Positions 17,414-26,712 of a stretch of 60,692 nucleotides of DNA are shown here, piece after piece. Origin of the DNA: Gemmatimonadota bacterium (GTDB lineage: Bacteria > Latescibacterota > UBA2968 > UBA8231); assembly GCA_038128265.1 (NCBI GenBank), contig JAYPJE010000002.1, positions 95,669 through 156,360 of the forward strand, read 5' to 3'. Position 1 is the first letter of the stretch, and each line of letters starts with the position of its first letter. The notes beneath the pieces were generated by a model. The model made no database searches and was not told the DNA's origin. It saw only the letters and a list, made by a program, of their open reading frames with translations. Position numbers and translations under genes: made by a program.

Positions 17414-20400
17414 GCAAAAAGAGAAAAGGTCCCCGTCGAACAAAGGGAAAGAAACCTCGTAATAGCGCTGCGCGCCGCCTGTCGGTTTGCGTCATCGCTC
17501 GCGATGAAGCCCGTTTCTTAGACGCTTGTTTGGCCAGCGTTGGGGGCTTGGCCGACGAGGTGATCGTTGTCGATACGGGTTCCACCGACGATAGCAAAGA
17601 GGTCGCGCGGCGCCGGGGCGCGCGCGTCTTTGACGAGCAGTGGCAGGACGATTTCTCGCACGCGCGCAACCGCGCCCTGCGCGAGGCGCGCGGTGAGTGG
17701 ATTCTGGTACTCGACTGCGATGAAGTGGTGGCACACAGCGATCACGCCGCCCTGCGCGCGCTGCTGCGCGACGAGGCTCATGGTGCCTACCGCATGACGA
17801 CGCGCAACTACAGCACGGCCGTTCAGCACGAGGGATGGACCGCCTGCACGGGTGCCTACGCGGAAGAGAAGGCATACGGCGGATGGTTTCCCTCCACGAA
17901 AGTGCGTCTGTGGCGCCATCGCTCCGATGTGCAGTTTGAGGGCGTTGTTCACGAGCTCGTAGAGCCGGCGCTGCTGCGCGCGCAGGTATCCATTGGCGAT
18001 TGCTTGGTGCCAGTCCATCACTATGGTTATGCCGAAAAGGAACGCGATAAGGACCACTACTTGCAGGCAGGGGAGCGCAAAGTTAGGGATAATCCGAGCG
18101 ATATACGCGCTCGCTATGAGTTGGCCATTGCCTATCGCAACGCCGGCCGTCATCAAGATGCATTGGTCAGTATTGACGCCGCCTTGTCCGGGCTGATGGC
18201 GGCCGATAATCGGTCGCTCATTTACGTGCAGGAAGACCTAGTGCTGCTGGTGCGCGCCGATATTCTGACGCGCCTGGGACGCTTTGACGACGCGCTGATC
18301 GCCTACGACAAACTGTTGGAGCGCTTTCCCCAATCGCACCAGGCCTTTAACAACAAGGGGATCTTGTTGGAGCGGGCCGGTCGAATGGGGGACGCGCGTC
18401 TGTGCTACGAGCGCGCTGTGGCCATTGCACCGGAAAACCAGATCGCGCGCGAAAACTTTGAGCGCCTATCCCAGCGGCGTACGCTGAGTGCATGCATTAT
18501 TGCACGCGACGAAGCTGCGCACATTGGACGCTGTTTGGAGAGCGCCTGTGCGGTCGCCGATCAGGTGGTCGTCGTCGATACGGGGTCGCGCGACACTACG
18601 ATCGATATCGCGCGCCGATATGGGGTGACGCTGGGCCATTTTACCTGGTGCGACGACTTTGCCGCCGCGCGCAATGCCTCGCTCGAATTGGCAACCGGTG
18701 ATTGGATCCTCTGGCTCGATGCCGACGATTATTTGCTGCCGGCCGATCGCGAGAAAATCATTCGCGCCAAGTCGCTGGTTCCAGACGTCGGACTCTATGC
18801 CACCTTGGTCAACGAAGGGGGAGAGGAGACCCGCTTCCGCCAGCTGAAGATGTTTCCCAACAGGCCGGATATTCGCTTTGAGCAACCCGTTCATGAAAGC
18901 GTTCTCGGCGCACTGCGCCGTGCCGGTTTGGAACTGCGCCCCACGGATATCCAGGTGTGTCACACGCGCGAGAGCGATGCGGGAGAGATCGCTCGCAAAC
19001 AGGCCTACTATGCCGACATTATGGGGCGGTGGCTGTGCGATCACCCCAGCGATTGGGAAACGCAGTTCCGCTTTGGTCACGTCCTCTATACGCGGGGTGA
19101 ACGCCAGGGGGCACTGGAATATTTTGAGCGCGTGCGCGCGGCCGGCGATGCCGCAGGAGCGGCTTCGCTTCGCCTGCTTGCCTCTTCTTTTGCCGGGCGC
19201 TGCCTGCTGGAGGAGGGGCGATACGATGAAGCGCGTGCAGTGCTTGCCGATGCGCTGTCCCTGCGGGCGGACGATGCGCTGTCCCTGCTGTCTATGGGGG
19301 ATGTTTCGGTGAAAAAGGGGGATTATGTGGAGGCCGAGCGCTATGTGCGCGCCGCCCTGGCAGGTTGGCGCGATCCACATTTTTCCCTCGACGTGAAGGC
19401 ATTTGACTATGCGGCGCACTTTTTTCTTGGACAGGCGCTTAGTGGACAGGGGCGCAACGACGATGCAATCCGCGTTTTCGAGCAGGCAGAGCAGATTGCC
19501 CCCGCCCGGTCGGAAGCGCGGCAGGCCATCGCATTGCTGCGCCAGGGAATCGGGCAAGGTGACAAGGGGCTGTACGTCCGACGGGAGACCCAGGTAGACG
19601 TCGCGGTCAGCGCCGAACCAGAGGCCGTATATCCCGATAGCAAACTGAGCCTGTGCATGATTGTGCGCGACGAAGAGGAGCGGCTCGGGCGATGCTTGGA
19701 AAGCGTGCGCGGTTTGGTAGACGAAATCGTCGTCGTAGATACCGGGTCGCAAGATGGCACCGTCGAGGTGGCCAAGCGCTTTGGGGCGCAGGTGAGCTAC
19801 TTTTCTTGGTGCGATGATTTTGCGGCTGCGCGCAACGCCTCGCTGCAGCAGGCCAGCGGCGATTGGATTATGTGGCTGGATGCCGACGACATTATGCCTG
19901 CCGAGTGCCATGATGCAATTCGGCGTCGCGTCGCAGGGGCGCGCGATAAGGCGTATTTCTTTGTGTTGGACGACCAGGGTTACGAAAATGTATCCTGTCT
20001 GCAGATGCGCCTCTTCCCCAACCGTCCGGGCGTTCAGTTTGAAATGCCGGTTCACGAGCAAGTGGCGCCTTCGCTGACGCGGTTGGGCATCGATATGGTG
20101 CAAAGCGAGATTCGCGTTATGCACACCGGGTATACGACGCCCGAGGTCGTCGCGGGAAAAAAGGATCGCTACCTCAAGATAATGGAGCGCTGGCTCGAAG
20201 CCCATCCCGATGACTATATGGAGCGTTCACACGTTGCGCTGACCTACTATTCGACCGGTCGCCTTGAAGAGGCCGAGCGGGCCTATCGCTATATCATAGA
20301 AGAGAGTTCGTGCTACGCCGACTGCAACTGGGTGGTCTATACGACGGCGCTGCTCTTTCTCGGGCGAACGTATATGAAGATGGATCGCCTTGATGCAGCT

Positions 20401-21543
20401 CTCGAGTATGCGCAAAAGGCCGAGGAAATGGACCGCTCCTATATCTTAACGCAGCTCACGCTGGCGGAAATAGGGGCCCAGCGCGGCGATCATGCGGCGG
20501 TGATTGAGCGCGCGCGCACGGTGGCCGCTAGCGATCGGCAAATGACGTTCTTTCCCATCGACTATGAGGAAATCAACTATTCGGCACACCTGCTGCGCGC
20601 CCGGTCACACCAGGCATTGGAGCAGTGGGATGAGGCCATAGCCGCGTACCGCAGTGCGGCCTCGACGAGTGCGTCCAGGCGCGGCGATGCGCTGGGCAGC
20701 TTGTTCAATCTCTACCGGCAGCTGGGTCGACCAGACGATGCGCGAGCGACCCTGGAAGAGGCGCTGGCGATGCGTCCCGACCACGCCGAGCACCTGTTTA
20801 ATCTCGGCGTATTGGACCTGGAAGCGCGGCAGTTCGACGCGGCGCGCGCGCGCTTTGAAGAGGCGCTCACGCGCCAGCCCAATTTTGCACTGGCACTGCT
20901 CAACTTGGGTTATATCGCCAAAGTCCAAGGGAGATTAGACGACGCCGAATCAATCTATCAGCGCGCTGCCAGCGGCGATGAGGAGGGCGTTGAAGCGCGT
21001 GCCAACCTCGCCCATCTCTACTTGGAGCAGGAGCGCTTTGCCGATGCCGAACCGCTCTTTGCCCGAGTGCATGTGCAGCAATCGGATCTATTGGACATCG
21101 AGTTGGGGTATTTGCTAACACTGGTGCATACGCCAGAGCGCAATTGGCCCGCCTGTGTCGAGCTGCTAAATGGGGTGCGCTCGCTGGTGGGCGATTGGAC
21201 CGTTGTCGAAGGTGATTTTGCCACGCCCGAGCAGGCCGCGCTGCGTGTAGGCGAACTCGGCGCGCTGCTCTTGCGCAACAAGATGAATAAATGTGCCGAA
21301 CTGGCGTTGAGCGTTGCTGTAGAACTAGATGATACTGTGCTAGATGTGCGCCGCCTGCTGGCCGAAGTGCTCTTCGCTGAAGGCCTGTATTGGAAGGCCG
21401 TGGCGCAGCTAGAGGTCGTGTTGACGGTCGAACCGGGTGACGAACAGAGTTTTCGCCGCCTAGGGGACTGCTACGCACAGCTAGGGGTCAACGAGGCGGC
21501 GCAGATGTGCTATGCCCGCAGCGGAGTGACCAGTGAAGTATAG
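17410..21543 (+). CDS. triple [GT2-TPR] glycosyltransferase, probable flagellin O-glycosyltransferase
   Basis: Three modules, each with LS.C.I.RDE...VVDTGS.D...W.DDF..ARN..L..A.G.WI..LD.D...F...VHE followed by TPRs. GTG 17410 is coupled to the upstream stop. Confidence 0.88.
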   Translation: MSKKRKGPRRTKGKKPRNSAARRLSVCVIARDEARFLDACLASVGGLADEVIVVDTGSTDDSKEVARRRGARVFDEQWQDDFSHARNRALREARGEWILVLDCDEVVAHSDHAALRALLRDEAHGAYRMTTRNYSTAVQHEGWTACTGAYAEEKAYGGWFPSTKVRLWRHRSDVQFEGVVHELVEPALLRAQVSIGDCLVPVHHYGYAEKERDKDHYLQAGERKVRDNPSDIRARYELAIAYRNAGRHQDALVSIDAALSGLMAADNRSLIYVQEDLVLLVRADILTRLGRFDDALIAYDKLLERFPQSHQAFNNKGILLERAGRMGDARLCYERAVAIAPENQIARENFERLSQRRTLSACIIARDEAAHIGRCLESACAVADQVVVVDTGSRDTTIDIARRYGVTLGHFTWCDDFAAARNASLELATGDWILWLDADDYLLPADREKIIRAKSLVPDVGLYATLVNEGGEETRFRQLKMFPNRPDIRFEQPVHESVLGALRRAGLELRPTDIQVCHTRESDAGEIARKQAYYADIMGRWLCDHPSDWETQFRFGHVLYTRGERQGALEYFERVRAAGDAAGAASLRLLASSFAGRCLLEEGRYDEARAVLADALSLRADDALSLLSMGDVSVKKGDYVEAERYVRAALAGWRDPHFSLDVKAFDYAAHFFLGQALSGQGRNDDAIRVFEQAEQIAPARSEARQAIALLRQGIGQGDKGLYVRRETQVDVAVSAEPEAVYPDSKLSLCMIVRDEEERLGRCLESVRGLVDEIVVVDTGSQDGTVEVAKRFGAQVSYFSWCDDFAAARNASLQQASGDWIMWLDADDIMPAECHDAIRRRVAGARDKAYFFVLDDQGYENVSCLQMRLFPNRPGVQFEMPVHEQVAPSLTRLGIDMVQSEIRVMHTGYTTPEVVAGKKDRYLKIMERWLEAHPDDYMERSHVALTYYSTGRLEEAERAYRYIIEESSCYADCNWVVYTTALLFLGRTYMKMDRLDAALEYAQKAEEMDRSYILTQLTLAEIGAQRGDHAAVIERARTVAASDRQMTFFPIDYEEINYSAHLLRARSHQALEQWDEAIAAYRSAASTSASRRGDALGSLFNLYRQLGRPDDARATLEEALAMRPDHAEHLFNLGVLDLEARQFDAARARFEEALTRQPNFALALLNLGYIAKVQGRLDDAESIYQRAASGDEEGVEARANLAHLYLEQERFADAEPLFARVHVQQSDLLDIELGYLLTLVHTPERNWPACVELLNGVRSLVGDWTVVEGDFATPEQAALRVGELGALLLRNKMNKCAELALSVAVELDDTVLDVRRLLAEVLFAEGLYWKAVAQLEVVLTVEPGDEQSFRRLGDCYAQLGVNEAAQMCYARSGVTSEV

Positions 21544-21682
21544 CATAGTATCTGCGTTTGCGAGCCCGTCGATGTCATAAGCCGCTGCAGCTCCTCTGCA
21601 GGCGGGCGACAGGTCTTTTGTATTAATCCAACCTCCTCTTCGACATTGAGTTCGCTCGGGCTTAGCGCTGGGGTACGTGGGG

Positions 21683-21720
21683 TAAATTCTTCTTCAGCGC
21701 ATTTAAATTCTTCCTTCAGC
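21683..21720 (+). repeat. direct repeat TAAATTCTTC(C)TTCAGC x2 with 21-bp period, candidate enhancer for the sigma54 promoter
   Basis: Copies at 21683-21698 and 21704-21720, about 115-150 bp upstream of the -24 box. Confidence 0.55.
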
Positions 21721-21835
21721 TTTTTCCTCAGGCCGCTCCGGGCGTGCTAAATGGCCCCATGGCTTACGGCCCTTATCGAATATAAATTAAATTTAAACAG
21801 ATACTTATGTTATTTTCTGAAATTGCAAGGTGAGT

Positions 21836-21851
21836 TGGCATAGGCTTTGCT
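21836..21851 (+). promoter_or_regulatory. sigma54 promoter of flagellin 1
   Basis: TGGCAT-AGGCT-TTGCT, 15/16 identical to the flgF promoter, with an AT-rich segment upstream. Confidence 0.85.
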
Positions 21852-21954
21852 AAACAGCTGACAGCAGCTCGGAAACCCCTGCGAATAGGGAGTGGGCTGT
21901 GAGAGGGTCTAGCTAAGGAAGGCCCGGACTGTACGGCGACCAAGGAGGTTCACC

Positions 21955-23391
21955 ATGCCGATTCGCCTCGGAACAAACATCGCATCACTCAATGCCCAAC
22001 GGCAGCTGAATACCAACAGCTCCGAATTTACCAAGCGCGTCGAACGCCTGTCCTCTGGTTTGCGCATCAATAGAGGTGCAGACGACGCTGCGGGACTTTC
22101 CGTATCGGAAGGTATGCGCTCGGAGATCTTAGGTATGCGCCAGGGCGTCCGCAATGCGGAGCAGGGAATTAGCCTGATCCAGCTGGCGGAAGGTTCGCTC
22201 AACGAGGTCAGCAATATGCTGCGGCGCATGCGCGAGCTGTCCGTGCAGTCGGCCAACTCCACTATTAACGACTCAAACCGCGAAAACCTATCGGCCGAGT
22301 TTAACCAGCTCAGCTCCGAAATTGACCGCATTGCGCTCTCCACGACCTACAACGATCAGATCCTGTTAACGGGCTTTGGCAATACGGTCACTCAGAACAA
22401 CGAGGTTTCTACCGCGCTGGACGGTTTTTCTGGCGTGCGCGAAGTCGGTATTTCCGGCGCCGTGCCCGGTACCTACGTATTTACGGATACGAGTGATGAC
22501 GATAACCAGATAACGCTTTCGGTCACGCTGCCCGATGGCACGGAGCTAAAGCAGTCGATTGACGTCGGCGCGACGCTGGACCGCGACTCCGGACAAAACT
22601 TAGTCGCTACCGGAACGACGTTTGTCGCCAACTTCGACCGCCTTGGTATGCAGATTACCCTGGTCGGACCCAACGTAGACTTTATCGATACCTTCAAGAG
22701 CTCGGTGGCAGACGGCGGCGATGGTGGAACGGTGGTTATCGGCAATGAAACGGTGACGATCAACGCCGGCGAATCGCTGGAGGACATCGCGACCAAGCTC
22801 AACGAGGCGCTCAGTAGCTTGACGCCTGCTGGCTGGGCTCGCTACAACGAGGAATTTGGCGAAATGCGCGTTTATAGTGCCGGCAACCAGATCCTCGATA
22901 ATCCGGTGGGCCTCCTCGGCCTGAAGAACGCCAATTCGTACATAGACGGTCGCCTCAACGACAAGCAGATCGTCGTTTCTGAAGCCACCGGTGGCGTCCT
23001 GCAGGTTGGCCCCAACAACGAAGCATCCAACCGCATCGCACTCAATATCGGCGATATGCGGGCCAGCGGGGCCGAGCTGAACCTGACGGGCATTTCCGTA
23101 TCAAACCTGGAGAGCGCGCGCTCGGCTATCTCGCGCATTGACAATGCCATTCTCGTAGTGACGCGCCAGCGAGGCGATCTCGGTGCTATTCAGAACCGCC
23201 TGCAGTTTACCACGGGTAACCTGGGCAATGCCATCGAGAACTTGACGGCGGCCGAATCGGCTATTCGCGATGCCGATGTGGCAGAAGAGATCTCACAATT
23301 TACGCGTAATCAGATACTTACACAGGCTGCAACGTCTATGATAACACAGGCTAACTCATTGCCGCAGAGCGCCTTGCAGCTTCTCCAGTAG
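21955..23391 (+). CDS. fliC: flagellin 1 (478 aa, enlarged variable region)
   Basis: TNIASLNAQR, ERLSSGLRINRGADDAAGL, RMRELSVQ, RGDLGAIQNRL, ENLTAAESAIRDADVAEE. SD AAGGAGG. Confidence 0.97.
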   Translation: MPIRLGTNIASLNAQRQLNTNSSEFTKRVERLSSGLRINRGADDAAGLSVSEGMRSEILGMRQGVRNAEQGISLIQLAEGSLNEVSNMLRRMRELSVQSANSTINDSNRENLSAEFNQLSSEIDRIALSTTYNDQILLTGFGNTVTQNNEVSTALDGFSGVREVGISGAVPGTYVFTDTSDDDNQITLSVTLPDGTELKQSIDVGATLDRDSGQNLVATGTTFVANFDRLGMQITLVGPNVDFIDTFKSSVADGGDGGTVVIGNETVTINAGESLEDIATKLNEALSSLTPAGWARYNEEFGEMRVYSAGNQILDNPVGLLGLKNANSYIDGRLNDKQIVVSEATGGVLQVGPNNEASNRIALNIGDMRASGAELNLTGISVSNLESARSAISRIDNAILVVTRQRGDLGAIQNRLQFTTGNLGNAIENLTAAESAIRDADVAEEISQFTRNQILTQAATSMITQANSLPQSALQLLQ

Positions 23392-23405
23392 CATTCAAAA
23401 AAGAT

Positions 23406-23432
23406 TAAAGCGACCCCAATCGCAGTCGATAA
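23406..23432 (+). promoter_or_regulatory. sigma28 promoter of flagellin 2
   Basis: TAAA-N15-GTCGATAA. Confidence 0.75.
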
Positions 23433-23528
23433 ATAGAGTAGTGTTAGGTTGTGTTACATGATATGAAGTATTACGAACCGTAGAAAGGAATCTACGGAGT
23501 AGAGCCACCAAACAAGGAGGTTTTGGTT

Positions 23529-24698
23529 ATGGCCCTTACGATGAATGTAAACAATAATATATCTGCTCTAAATACCCATCGACATATGGGTGCAAACAGC
23601 AAAGATCTGAGCACCCGCTTAGAGCGCCTTTCGTCGGGAATGCGTATAAACAATGCCGACGACGATGCAGCTGGTCTGTCGATCTCGGAAGGTTTCCGGG
23701 CGCAGATTACGGGTTTGAGTATGGGCGTTCGCAACGCCGAAATGGGTTCGAATTTGGTCCAGGTCGCCGAAGGTTCACTCGGCGAGGTGAGTTCGATGCT
23801 CATTCGCATGCGCGAGCTGGCAGTGCAATCGTCTACCAGCACGATGAACGACCGCAATCGCGAATCGATTGAAGCTGAAGTAAATCAGCTGAAACAGGAG
23901 ATTGATCGCATTGCCCAGTCCACCGTGTATAACGATCAGGCCCTGCTGACGGGAACGGGTTACCAGCCCGACCTGACGACGTCTACGGCCATTACGGATG
24001 CGGCAGATACCGGCGTAAAGAATATTACGACGTCCGGGACGCCCTCCGGCACGTATACAATTGATGATCACGGCGATGGCACGATGACCGTTGGCAACGG
24101 CACAGTGAGTCAGACCATTCGCTTTGCCACGCAGCTCGACGGCGACCAGGTTGCTACGGGCACGACGGCTGTTCTCAACTTTGATCGACTGGGTATACAG
24201 ATTACGCTGGCCGGTCCGGAAGTTGAGGATATGGATGGCAACTACGAGACGGGCGACTTGGACGGCAAGACAATCGACGTTTCGGGCGATAACAGAGGCT
24301 GGTCGTTCCAGGTTGGTGCTGACGACACGAGCGAAGATCGCATCAGTGTGGCTATAGAAGACATGCGTGCCAGCGGTTCGTATCTAAATTTGAATACCGT
24401 TTCGTTGGGTACGCAGGACAGCGCGCGCGAATCAATCGCCAAACTCGATACGGCCATCCAGCGCGTGGCGCAGACGCGCGGCGATCTCGGTTCGGTGCTA
24501 AATCGCCTTGAACACACGATAAATTTTACAGATAACTCTATAGAAAACAACACAAACTCGGAGGCGACGTTGCGCGACGCCGACATGGCTGTGGAAGTTA
24601 CGAGATTGACCCGCGTGCAGGTGCTGAGCCAGGCGGCCAACGCCATGCTGGCTCAGGCCAACGCAACGCCGCAGGCGGCACTGGGGCTGCTGCAGTAG
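23529..24698 (+). CDS. fliC: flagellin 2
   Basis: NNNISALN, LERLSSGMRINNADDDAAGL, RMRELAVQ, RGDLGSVLNRLEHT, RDADMA.E. ATG lies 8 nt after GGAGG. Confidence 0.96.
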   Translation: MALTMNVNNNISALNTHRHMGANSKDLSTRLERLSSGMRINNADDDAAGLSISEGFRAQITGLSMGVRNAEMGSNLVQVAEGSLGEVSSMLIRMRELAVQSSTSTMNDRNRESIEAEVNQLKQEIDRIAQSTVYNDQALLTGTGYQPDLTTSTAITDAADTGVKNITTSGTPSGTYTIDDHGDGTMTVGNGTVSQTIRFATQLDGDQVATGTTAVLNFDRLGIQITLAGPEVEDMDGNYETGDLDGKTIDVSGDNRGWSFQVGADDTSEDRISVAIEDMRASGSYLNLNTVSLGTQDSARESIAKLDTAIQRVAQTRGDLGSVLNRLEHTINFTDNSIENNTNSEATLRDADMAVEVTRLTRVQVLSQAANAMLAQANATPQAALGLLQ

Positions 24699-24820
24699 GA
24701 GGAGTTAATACGGCCAGTAAAGCCAAGCGCTTTCGGGTCGATATATAGTGTATAAGCGGTTGAACTGGGGGACGGGGGCGTCCCTCAGTTTTCGCCGTAT
24801 ATGCGTTTGGAGAAAAAAAT

Positions 24821-24848
24821 TAAAGATTGCCATTTCGGATGCCGATAA
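24821..24848 (+). promoter_or_regulatory. sigma28 promoter of flagellin 3 (and probably flaG-fliD-fliS)
   Basis: TAAA-N16-GCCGATAA with an upstream A-tract. Confidence 0.8.
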
Positions 24849-25020
24849 ATGACTTAGATGTGTGTAACTCAGCATCTTAAAGAAGGAGGTGCGTAGCGCG
24901 TTTGGCTTCACGGGTCGTATTATTTGATGGATCGGGTATTAAAGCCCTGTTGGGGAACAGGGCGATAACACATGGCATGGATGCCGTATAAGAGCTTGTT
25001 AAACAAGGAGGTTCGACTAA

Positions 25021-26175
25021 ATGCCACTTCGAGTAAATAACAACATTGCCGCTATCAATTCCAAGCGGCAATTAAACGCCAACAACCGCATGCTCGGCAC
25101 GAAATTGGAGCGCTTGGCCTCCGGTTTGCGCGTTAACCGAGCTGCTGACGATGCCGCCGGTCTCTCCGTTCGCGAAGGTATGCGTGCGGAAATTTCGGGT
25201 TTGAAGGTAAACGTCAGCAACGCCGAACAGGCGACCAATCTCATTCAGGTGGCTGAAGGGTCACTCAATGAGGTTAACGCCATTTTGGTGCGCATGCGCG
25301 AATTGGCCGTGCAGTCGTCTTCGAGTACGGTCACTGACCAAAACCGCGAGGCGATTCAGGCTGAGTTTTCGCAGCTGACGCAGGAAATCGACCGCATTGC
25401 CCAGGCGACCAGTTACAACAACCAGACGCTGTTGACTGGTTTTGGTAACAGGATCGACGAGGACGCTTCGGATGCTCTGGATGAAGCCAAGGGCGTAACG
25501 GACATTCGCATTTCTGGCGCAGCCGCAGGCACCTATACGTTTGAGGATGCGGATGACGGTGAATTGACGCTGGGCAACGGCACCGTTACCCAGACCATTC
25601 GCTTGGCATCGCAGTTGGATGGCGATACGGTTGCCGATGGTTCGAAAATCGTAGCCAACTTTGATCGCCTCGGCGTTCAGGTGACCCTGGCCGGTGATGG
25701 GATCGCTGACAGCAACACCGCCTACACCGACGATGCGCTAAACGACGCAGAAATCGTGGTGGAAGAAGCCACGGGCGGCTCGTTTCAGGTGGGGCCGACC
25801 GACAAAGCCTTCAATCGCATTGAAGTAAGCGTCGGCGATATGACTGCGACGGGTAGTAAGCTCAATCTGGATGCGGCCTCGGTCGCCACCATTTCTTCGG
25901 CTCGCGAGTCGATAACGACGATTGATTTAGCGATCACTGAGGTTGCGGCCGAGCGTGGAAACTTGGGTGCCTATCAGAACCGTCTCTCGTTCACCATTGC
26001 GTATACGGAGAACGAGATTGAGAATATTCAGGCTTCCGAAGCATCTATTAGCGATGCCGACGTAGCATCGGAAGTGACGGATTTCACGCGTTCGCAGATT
26101 CTCAGCCAGGCTGCTACGGCTATGTTGGCTCAGGCCAATGTAATCCCGCAGAATGCGCTGGCTCTGCTGCAGTAA
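25021..26175 (+). CDS. fliC: flagellin 3
   Basis: RVNNNIAA, LERLASGLRVNRAADDAAGL, RGNLGAYQNRL, QILSQAATAMLAQAN..PQNALALLQ. Confidence 0.97.
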   Translation: MPLRVNNNIAAINSKRQLNANNRMLGTKLERLASGLRVNRAADDAAGLSVREGMRAEISGLKVNVSNAEQATNLIQVAEGSLNEVNAILVRMRELAVQSSSSTVTDQNREAIQAEFSQLTQEIDRIAQATSYNNQTLLTGFGNRIDEDASDALDEAKGVTDIRISGAAAGTYTFEDADDGELTLGNGTVTQTIRLASQLDGDTVADGSKIVANFDRLGVQVTLAGDGIADSNTAYTDDALNDAEIVVEEATGGSFQVGPTDKAFNRIEVSVGDMTATGSKLNLDAASVATISSARESITTIDLAITEVAAERGNLGAYQNRLSFTIAYTENEIENIQASEASISDADVASEVTDFTRSQILSQAATAMLAQANVIPQNALALLQ

Positions 26176-26276
26176 CATCTTGAGTAGGGGGCGCGGTTGG
26201 GCGACCTTGTTGCACGCCGCGCCCTGTATCTCAGGTTGTTATTAAACATGACATCTCTCAGTGAGAGGTGAATATT

Positions 26277-26642
26277 ATGATTGACATCAATTCGGCGATT
26301 GCCCATATAAGACAGGCGGAAGTGCAACAGACTTCCTCAGGTGCCTTGCCGGAAACGAATGTGGACGAACAGGTTAAGGTCGATGGCGCCGCCCCCAAGG
26401 CGACCGGGCCGCAACCGAACATCGAACGCACTCGCGCCCGCGTAGCAGAGTTGAGCAAGGCGATGGAGGAGTTGGATGGCAACTACTCGGTCTCTGTCGA
26501 TGACGATACAGGAATGGTAATCGTGCGCATCACGGACACGGAAACCGGCGATATTATCAAGCAGGTTCCGCCGCAGCAGGTCTTGGATGCTGACGTCAGT
26601 TTAGATAGAATAATAGGGTTGTTAGTAAACGATCAGGCCTGA
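26277..26642 (+). CDS. flaG: flagellar protein FlaG
   Basis: 'VDDDTG..IVRITD.ETG.IIKQVPP...L......GLLV' between flagellin and fliD. Alternative start GTG 26268. Confidence 0.9.
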   Translation: MIDINSAIAHIRQAEVQQTSSGALPETNVDEQVKVDGAAPKATGPQPNIERTRARVAELSKAMEELDGNYSVSVDDDTGMVIVRITDTETGDIIKQVPPQQVLDADVSLDRIIGLLVNDQA

Positions 26643-26664
26643 AGTGCCAAATGGCACTTCAGGC
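26637..26664 (+). other. perfect 12-bp stem-loop over the flaG stop codon (no U-tract)
   Basis: GCCTGAAGTGCC-AAAT-GGCACTTCAGGC. Confidence 0.6.
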
Positions 26665-26712
26665 TGCAGTACTTAGCTGTATCCCATATTTAGACCTGGA
26701 TAGTGATTAGAG

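Noticed and set aside
18466..20205. 579-aa minus-strand ORF, and similar long antisense ORFs (6153-7004, 7605-8498, 38680-39561, 49439-50323)
   Set aside because: They lie antisense to well-supported genes and have no recognisable motifs. Such shadows are expected in GC-rich coding DNA.
21855..21935. c-di-GMP riboswitch in the flagellin 1 leader
   Set aside because: Only a GGAAAC and generic stems are visible. The conserved cores of class I and II aptamers are not evident.
24940..24968. Second sigma28 promoter for flagellin 3 (TAAA-N17-GGCGATAA)
   Set aside because: The spacer is longer than at the other five sites and the -10 is mismatched. A better site exists at 24821.
26652..26668. sigma54 promoter for fliD (TGGCAC...TGCA)
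   Set aside because: GG-to-GC spacing is off by one base, and the TGGCAC is explained as a hairpin arm.
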